From Candidatus Electronema halotolerans (GTDB lineage: Bacteria > Desulfobacterota > Desulfobulbia > Desulfobulbales > Desulfobulbaceae): a DNA stretch of 32,000 bases. The DNA lies in the NCBI GenBank assembly GCA_942493095.1, contig OW818675.1, positions 2,730,001 through 2,762,000 on the forward strand, given 5' to 3'. The notes under the pieces are model-generated. The model was given only the letters and a program-made list of their open reading frames with translations, searched no databases and was not told where the DNA came from. Position numbers and translations under genes: made by a program. Position 1 is the first letter of the stretch; each line of letters opens with the position of its first letter. Positions 26,119 through 32,000 of the stretch are shown here, piece after piece.

Positions 26119-27123
26119 TCAGAATTGCAACGTATGCTCGTAAAGCTGCTTGTGGCCGTCATCCAAGGTGACTTCAGCTTTAAGCTGGAACACGCCCCAG
26201 CCGATGGCGGTCAGAGGATGGCCCAGCTTGGAGTTGTCGCCCTGCTGCACCGCAGGTTTGAATGAGGGGTGCAGATAGTAGATGACCGAGCTGATCCGGC
26301 GGAGAAAGGCGGGCGGGCCGTCAATATAGGCGGTCCACTCCCAGCGTTTTCTGTCGAGCTGACGGGCCGTGTTGGTCAGCGACAGCGCATTGAAGACCTC
26401 AGCCGAGCTGGCCTTTTTGAACTGTTCCTGCGACGGCGGCACCTGCTGGGGGGTCACAGGAGCTTCCGGCGATTGCTGCCAGCGGTCATCCTGATCCCCT
26501 CTGCTGCCGCGCCGCTCATCTTTGTTCCAGCGGTGGTCGTCGCGGCTGTCCCGATCCCGGCTGCGGCGGGGATGATCGTTCTTGGCCCGGATGCCGACAT
26601 AGGGCACAAAGAGCTGTTCTGATCTCCGCCGACCCTGCCAGTGGTCATCCCTGTCTCTGTCCCGGCGGCGGCTGCGGTCTCTGTATTCCATCAGACCAGC
26701 CTTGAGTTCCAGCGTGTCCAAATCCTTCAGCTCCTCACCCGCCAGCTGGCTGCGCAGCAGCCCCCGGATGGTGCGGATGGTGAACCTGCGGGCCTGAAAC
26801 TGCTCCTTCCGGTCCAGCTCGCGGGCTGTGCGGCGCGGCAGCAGGGCAACAGCCTGCCGGACTAAAGAATCAGCCCAGTCATGCACGGCATCCATGTCCC
26901 TGCCGCCCCGTTCAGCGTACAGAGAAACGCCGGGCGCAACAAGTCCCTGCACCGCCTCCTGCTCGGTCAGCTCATCGCTGTAGGCAACCTGCCAGCCGCC
27001 TGTTTCCACCCCTTCTTCTGCCGCTTTCCGGCTGCTGTTCTCAGAACGCGCCCAGACTGCTGTTGCCGCTGTCATGGCGAACAGCAGCACCAAGGCTGCC
27101 AGCATTGGTTTTGCCGCTTTCAT
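26119..27123 (-). CDS. Secreted/periplasmic protein with Arg/Asp/Ser-rich linker and C-terminal prokaryotic YEATS (pYEATS)-like domain
   Basis: Start MKAAKPMLAALVLLFAMTAATAVWA|R (signal peptide). RD-rich segment YRDRSRRRDRDRDDHWQGRRR...RRSRDRDSRDDHRWNKDERRGSRGDQDDRWQ. C-terminus WEWTAYIDGPPAFLRRISSVIYYLHPSFKPAVQQGDNSKLGHPLTAIGWGVFQLKAEVTLDDGHKQLYEHTLQF. Confidence 0.75.
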   Translation of the reverse strand: MKAAKPMLAALVLLFAMTAATAVWARSENSSRKAAEEGVETGGWQVAYSDELTEQEAVQGLVAPGVSLYAERGGRDMDAVHDWADSLVRQAVALLPRRTARELDRKEQFQARRFTIRTIRGLLRSQLAGEELKDLDTLELKAGLMEYRDRSRRRDRDRDDHWQGRRRSEQLFVPYVGIRAKNDHPRRSRDRDSRDDHRWNKDERRGSRGDQDDRWQQSPEAPVTPQQVPPSQEQFKKASSAEVFNALSLTNTARQLDRKRWEWTAYIDGPPAFLRRISSVIYYLHPSFKPAVQQGDNSKLGHPLTAIGWGVFQLKAEVTLDDGHKQLYEHTLQF

Positions 27124-27127
27124 ATCA

Positions 27128-27637
27128 TTACTCTCCTGGTTTGGGTTCAACTGCTTTGCGGGCAAACTCGATGATGCTTTTTTCCACGTTGGCAAAGACC
27201 TCCGGGCATGCTGCCGCCGCCGGACTGCTGCGGCAGATCACCTCCTTTGTCTTTTCTCCATCCCGGACAAGGATGCGGTGCGGATAGCTGCGCTCTTCCC
27301 TCCCGGCCCCGTAGGCCTCCTTGAGCCGATCAAAACCGCTTTCCCGGATCAATTGCAGCAGTTCATCCGCCTCGGCTTCTGATACGCGGGCTGTTTTCTC
27401 CACCTTTGTCATCTTTGACGGCACAGCAGAGACCGGATTGTCATATTCCGGCATTTCCTCAATGTCAGAAAGGAGGAAGTCAGCAGTCAAAGCAATATGC
27501 CGAAAAGGAGCTGCGTATTCAATCAGCAGACCGCTTTTCTCCTTGGCCTTTGGCTGGCTCTCTGCCGGACAGGCAGTCAGCAGGAACAGCAACATGACCG
27601 GCCAGACGAACTGTGCATGTCTCATGTGGATTTTCAT
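27128..27637 (-). CDS. Hypothetical lipoprotein
   Basis: 169 aa, N-terminal MKIHMRHAQFVWPVMLLFLLTAC (lipobox). Lies between and tightly coupled to neighbours. Confidence 0.7.
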   Translation of the reverse strand: MKIHMRHAQFVWPVMLLFLLTACPAESQPKAKEKSGLLIEYAAPFRHIALTADFLLSDIEEMPEYDNPVSAVPSKMTKVEKTARVSEAEADELLQLIRESGFDRLKEAYGAGREERSYPHRILVRDGEKTKEVICRSSPAAAACPEVFANVEKSIIEFARKAVEPKPGE

Positions 27638-27640
27638 TGG

Positions 27641-28582
27641 TTATTTGCCATCATTGTCCTTGCCCCGAACTGTCGCCTCTTGAGGCGGCGGGAGCAATTC
27701 TCCGGCAATTTGGTACGGTTCCCAGTTTGTCGTTGAGGAGACAAAGGCATCGTTGACGACTTTTCTGACTGTGGTCAGCAGCTCCTGCGCCTTAGCATAA
27801 CTGGAGTTGCTGGCTAAAGTAATAAAATACATACCGCTCTTTGCCAGATAAACAACCGGCTTGCCCAAATCCTGCTGGTTCTTGGAGGCGGCAGGTTGAA
27901 TTTTCTCCATCAAAGCCTGTGTGATGTCATTGAGCTGCTCTTTACTCTTTGTGCTGTGAATCACCACTGCAAAGATGCCGGGAATGTCAGGACTCTGTTT
28001 CTCCTGCGTTTCAATCAGCGACTTCACCTTCTCGATGTTATCGACCGCCTTGCGGCTGCCAAGCTGCTTTGCCTGCGTAAATTCCTGCAAGGATTCTTCA
28101 TAGCGGTCAGCAAGCATCAGGGCATAGCCAGTGTTGTTGCGCAGCTTCATCTGGGTGGCATCTGCAAGCAGATCATATATTTTTGGAGCAGCCGCTGTTT
28201 TGAAGCACTCTATGGCCTGATCAAAATCTCCCAGCATGATATGCACATAGCCTATGGTGTTGTAAATTGATGGATCAGGAATCTGTCCCCGGCCTTCTCC
28301 TGTCTTCAGAGCTGCTGCCAGAACTTCCGCTGATTTCTGATATTCCTTCATCTGCGCCAGAAGGCGGCCATAATTGTAGGCAATGGTAAAGCTGTTCGGA
28401 TATTTCGTCCGCAGCCCGGAATATATCTGCTGGCTCTGCTCAAATTGATTCTGATCTTTATAGGCTTCCGCTGCGGCAAATTGCGCCGCAGCCTCTGCTG
28501 GAACATCAATCTGGACAGCCTCTTGAGCCGCAACTGTCTGCATCAGCAGAATAATGAAGAGAAGCTGCGCCAGCACTCTCAT
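27641..28582 (-). CDS. Secreted tetratricopeptide-repeat protein
   Basis: 313 aa, signal peptide MRVLAQLLFIILLMQTVAA|Q, TPR motifs (QFEQSQQIYSGLRTKYPNSFTIAYNYGRLLAQMKEYQKSAEVL; YNTIGYVHIMLGDFDQAIECFKTA). Confidence 0.8.
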   Translation of the reverse strand: MRVLAQLLFIILLMQTVAAQEAVQIDVPAEAAAQFAAAEAYKDQNQFEQSQQIYSGLRTKYPNSFTIAYNYGRLLAQMKEYQKSAEVLAAALKTGEGRGQIPDPSIYNTIGYVHIMLGDFDQAIECFKTAAAPKIYDLLADATQMKLRNNTGYALMLADRYEESLQEFTQAKQLGSRKAVDNIEKVKSLIETQEKQSPDIPGIFAVVIHSTKSKEQLNDITQALMEKIQPAASKNQQDLGKPVVYLAKSGMYFITLASNSSYAKAQELLTTVRKVVNDAFVSSTTNWEPYQIAGELLPPPQEATVRGKDNDGK

Positions 28583-29052
28583 ATCCCCGCCTCCTCTGTC
28601 TGCCCCGCCTCATGAAAGATGTTTTGCGCCTGCCGCGCTTTCAGATTCTTCAGCTCGTTGCTGGCTCCGGCAGAACTTGATTCCATGAAATTCAGTCTTT
28701 TATACAAAGCAAAAAGATTGATGGACACTTCGTTCTCATCCTGCATCGGCACGTCTTCTCCATTGATATCCACTTTCTTTCCAGCCGCTTTCACTACAAG
28801 ATCATGAGCAATCTCTTCCGGTGTGACATCAAACTTGATATTGATTTTCGGGTCCAGCAAGTCCCATGTCATGCCGACAAGAATCACGCCAAAAGACATG
28901 AGCATGAAAAGTCTGATCTCCCGGCATCTGATTGTCAGATTTTCCCCTTCAAAATCCTTGGATGCCATCACCTTTTGCAGCAGAAGATAAGAAAGAATCA
29001 AGATGGCAGTCGCGAATCCAAGGAATCCTAATTTTACCAGCTCCACAATCAT
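28579..29052 (-). CDS. Hypothetical 2-TM membrane protein
   Basis: 157 aa with LGFLGFATAILILSYLLLQ and LFMLMSFGVILVGMTW hydrophobic segments. ATG overlaps the histidine kinase TGA (TGATG). Confidence 0.7.
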   Translation of the reverse strand: MIVELVKLGFLGFATAILILSYLLLQKVMASKDFEGENLTIRCREIRLFMLMSFGVILVGMTWDLLDPKINIKFDVTPEEIAHDLVVKAAGKKVDINGEDVPMQDENEVSINLFALYKRLNFMESSSAGASNELKNLKARQAQNIFHEAGQTEEAGI

Positions 29053-31955
29053 CAGCGTTCTCCTTTGTCAGAAGGGCATAACCTCTGCTGTCCGCGTCTG
29101 CGGTCCAGCGCGGCTCGGACGGTCCGGGCCAATTCCTGCTTGCTGAATGGTTTCATTAAAAGACAACAGGCACCCAGTGCCACTGCTTTTTGCTCGTCAA
29201 TCAGCTCGCTGAAGCCGGTGCAGAGCAGCACTGGCAGATCAGGCCGCAGGGCGAGAATCTTGCGCATCAGTTTGGCTCCAGTCATCTCCGGCATGGTCAT
29301 GTCAGTGAGCAGCAGATCAAAATAATCCGGCTGCCGGGCAAAAAGGGCAAGCGCCTTGGCACTGGAATGAAGCACTGTGACCTGATAGCCGAGGCTTTTG
29401 AGAATGCTGCTGTTTGTGCCGGCAACACCTGCATCGTCATCAACAATCAGCACCCGTTCCTGGCCTGAGGGCGGAGGCGCGGCATCCTCCTCCTGCCGCT
29501 GCTCCGCCTCGCTCCTGATGACCGGCAGATAAACTTGAAAGGTGGAGCCTTTGCCAAGCTCGCTGCGCACAGTAATGTCGCCGCCGCAGCTGAAGACGAT
29601 GCTCTGCACGATGGCCAGCCCCAGCCCTGTGCCGTCGCCTTTGGCCTTGGTGGTGAAATACGGCTCAAAAATTTTATCCAGCATGTCTTCGGACATGCCG
29701 CTGCCTGTGTCCCGCACTTCCAGCCGCAGCCATGAGCCTGGAGCAAGCCGGGTTTGCTCGTGCTCGGACAGGCTGGCAGCCGGAAGCTCAACCTGCCGCA
29801 AGGAGACCTCCAGCAGGCCGCCGTTTTTCCGCATCGCATGATAGGCATTGGTGCAGAGATTCATGATCACCTGATGAATCCGGGTCGGATCAGCCAGCAC
29901 CATCCCCCAAGCCGGGTCAATCTGCTTGCGGATTTCAATGGTGGCAGGCAGGGAGGAGCGCAGGAGCTTGAGGGTTTCCTTGACAATGGGCCGGATGCTT
30001 ATGGGCTGTAGCTCCTGCTGCTCGCTCTTGCGGCTGAAGGCAAGTATCTGCTTGACCAACTCCTTGGCCCGCGTTCCGGCCCGCCGCACCTCCTGCATCC
30101 AGTCGGCAATGGTGCTGTTTTTAGGCAGGGCTTCGATGGCCATGTCTGTGTAGCCGATGATCGGGCCAAGAATGTTGTTGAAGTCGTGAGCGATGCCGTT
30201 GGCCAAGGTGCCGATGGCTTTTATTTTTTCCATCTGGAGCAGCTGGGCCTCCAGCTTCTTCTTTTCCAGCTCCGCCTTTTTCCGTTCTGTGATGTTGCGC
30301 ATGATGGTCCTGACAGACACCACCTCGCCCTGTTCAAGCAGCGGCACAGCACTGACCTCGACATCAATCCGCAGGCCGGTCTTGGAGATCAGGGCGGTTT
30401 CGTAGCTGCGCAGACAGCTACCCGCAGCGAAAATTTGTTCGAGAGCGCGGGCGGTCCGGGCCTTGCAATCAGGATGAATGATGTCCAGCAGGGGCGCGCC
30501 GACCACTTCCTCCCTGCCGCAGCCCAAGGTCAGCAGCTCAACCGGATTGACATCAACAATCTTGCGTTCCTTGTTGACAATATGAATCATGTCCGGCGCA
30601 TCATTGAACAGGCTCCAGTACTTGCTTTCGCTGCGGCGCAGGGATTCCTCCATCTGCTGCCGCTGCACGGCCAAGGCGAAGACTGCGGCCAGCCGCTCCA
30701 CGGCTTCCCGGTCATGGGCCTGAAAGCCTTCCGGCTTGCCGGTCAGCACGATCCGGCCTGCCATGCGGCTGTCAAGGCGGGCCGGAACATGGAGGGCATC
30801 CGGGCTGAACTGCCGTCCAGCCGCCCGGCCTTCGAGCACGGTTTCGGCTGACTCGCAGCCGGTCAGCTCCTGCGCCGCCCTAGCGATCAGCTCGCCGGTC
30901 TCGTCGATGGAAAACGAGCGCGAGAGCAGGGCATCGGAAACTTCAGCAAGTATCCGGTTCACCGCTAATTCCCAGAGCAGCTCCTCCTCGGCCTTGCGCC
31001 GTTCCGCCACCTCAGCCTCCAGACTGTCCGTGTTTTTCTGGAGGGCTGCCGTGCGTTCCCGCACTTTGCCTTCCAGCTCCTCCCGGTGCGCGTGCAGCTC
31101 CCGGAAGAGCATGTTGTAGGGCTGGGTCAGGCCAGTTTCGATCACAGCCCGGTAAATGGCATAAAAGGAAAAGATGCGGAAAAAATGGCCCAGAAAGTTG
31201 GCAAGGTCAGAAGTCGTGACATAGCGGGTGAAACACAGCTCTGCGGCAATGGTGAGCAGAATTGCTGTCTGCATGAGCCGGAGGACATGCGGATCAAAAC
31301 AGGCACTGTTTTTCCGCAGCAGCAGGAGAGAGCCGACTAAGAGGAGAATGACAAGATACTCGCTGTTTTTCTTGAAGGCAGTCAGCCCGCTGCCTTCAGC
31401 ATAGCATTCCGGGAAAACAGGACAGGCGAAAATGATCAGCAGCACTATGGCGGTGACTGACAGATAGCCAGACAGAGCCAGACAGGTGTTCACTCTTCTC
31501 CGCAGAAAAAAAAAGGCCAGCAGCAGCGAGAAGCCTTCCATGCAGCGGGCCGCGATCCAGAGCTGACTGGAAGTATCCTGACTGTCAATCCACGGAAAAA
31601 TGGCCATGTCCTTGTAGGACAGGCAGTGGGCCAGATCGAGCATGCCGATGAAGAGATAGGCAATGCCGATGAGGAGAAAAAAGTGATTTTCTTGAATCTG
31701 GCGGGTGTTCCACGCGAAAATAAAAATTGCGCAGGCAACCGTGACGCTGAAGAATTCCGCCAAGGTATGGAAGAGCAGATTGTTGCACAGGCTGATCAGG
31801 TGCAGGCCCAGCCCGATGGCAAGCAAGGCGAGGAAAGGAAGAAAAAAACGGGGTCTGGCGATTTTTTTGGCTCTGGCTTCCATATTCTTGGACAGAAATG
31901 GCTCCCAAAAGGGATGTTCTCCCTGCGTTGCCGCAGGGACTGCCATAGATACCAC
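29052..31955 (-). CDS. Hybrid sensor histidine kinase: MASE3 - GAF - PAS - HisKA - HATPase_c - REC
   Basis: 967 aa: MASE3-like ITM region (FFLLIGIAYLFIGMLDLAHCLSYK), PAS region (YWSLFNDAPDMIHIVNKERKIVDVNPV), HisKA ANGIAHDFNNILGPIIGYT, HATPase VIMNLCTNAYHAM / GTGLGLAIVQSIV, REC VLIVDDDAGV...LLLTDMTMPEMTG. True start may be the internal Met at 31883. Confidence 0.93.
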   Translation of the reverse strand: MVSMAVPAATQGEHPFWEPFLSKNMEARAKKIARPRFFLPFLALLAIGLGLHLISLCNNLLFHTLAEFFSVTVACAIFIFAWNTRQIQENHFFLLIGIAYLFIGMLDLAHCLSYKDMAIFPWIDSQDTSSQLWIAARCMEGFSLLLAFFFLRRRVNTCLALSGYLSVTAIVLLIIFACPVFPECYAEGSGLTAFKKNSEYLVILLLVGSLLLLRKNSACFDPHVLRLMQTAILLTIAAELCFTRYVTTSDLANFLGHFFRIFSFYAIYRAVIETGLTQPYNMLFRELHAHREELEGKVRERTAALQKNTDSLEAEVAERRKAEEELLWELAVNRILAEVSDALLSRSFSIDETGELIARAAQELTGCESAETVLEGRAAGRQFSPDALHVPARLDSRMAGRIVLTGKPEGFQAHDREAVERLAAVFALAVQRQQMEESLRRSESKYWSLFNDAPDMIHIVNKERKIVDVNPVELLTLGCGREEVVGAPLLDIIHPDCKARTARALEQIFAAGSCLRSYETALISKTGLRIDVEVSAVPLLEQGEVVSVRTIMRNITERKKAELEKKKLEAQLLQMEKIKAIGTLANGIAHDFNNILGPIIGYTDMAIEALPKNSTIADWMQEVRRAGTRAKELVKQILAFSRKSEQQELQPISIRPIVKETLKLLRSSLPATIEIRKQIDPAWGMVLADPTRIHQVIMNLCTNAYHAMRKNGGLLEVSLRQVELPAASLSEHEQTRLAPGSWLRLEVRDTGSGMSEDMLDKIFEPYFTTKAKGDGTGLGLAIVQSIVFSCGGDITVRSELGKGSTFQVYLPVIRSEAEQRQEEDAAPPPSGQERVLIVDDDAGVAGTNSSILKSLGYQVTVLHSSAKALALFARQPDYFDLLLTDMTMPEMTGAKLMRKILALRPDLPVLLCTGFSELIDEQKAVALGACCLLMKPFSKQELARTVRAALDRRRGQQRLCPSDKGER

Positions 31956-32000
31956 AATTCCGCAGGCGGCTGCAACCTTTCTGGCCGCAGAAAAACAGTC

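Noticed and set aside
26473-26682. RD-rich minus-strand repeats considered as a nucleotide tandem repeat or CRISPR-like array
   Set aside because: Repeat character is at the amino-acid/codon level only. There are no regular unit lengths, spacers or conserved repeat sequence.

Overview
This 32 kb window looks like ordinary chromosomal DNA from a Gram-negative, probably Desulfobulbales-like, bacterium. The taxonomy is inferred from gene style only. From left to right it carries: a partial NMT1/SsuA-like ABC transporter; a UPF0104-type membrane domain fused to a TolB-like propeller; a single-ORF endonuclease III-exonuclease III fusion; a solo type I restriction S subunit; an RND efflux permease with an in-frame 34-bp perfect palindrome; a PHP-like protein; mgtE, htrA and a coiled-coil/2-TM protein; purM, a BamE-like lipoprotein and ruvA; recD; a PxxKW cysteine-rich protein; pilC; IHF-alpha; glyA, nrdR and ribD; a PHP histidinol-phosphatase-like gene; and, at the right end, a tightly coupled five-gene minus-strand operon. 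That operon encodes a MASE3-GAF-PAS hybrid histidine kinase, a 2-TM protein, a secreted TPR protein, a lipoprotein, and a signal-peptide-bearing protein with an Arg/Asp-rich linker and a C-terminal prokaryotic-YEATS-like domain. The operon is the best candidate for an undescribed system. The Nth-XthA fusion and the palindrome coded inside the RND gene are the next most interesting. Two degenerate IS30 N-terminal remnants are present. I saw no CRISPR array, rRNA or tRNA. All family calls come from motif recognition by eye, with no database search.
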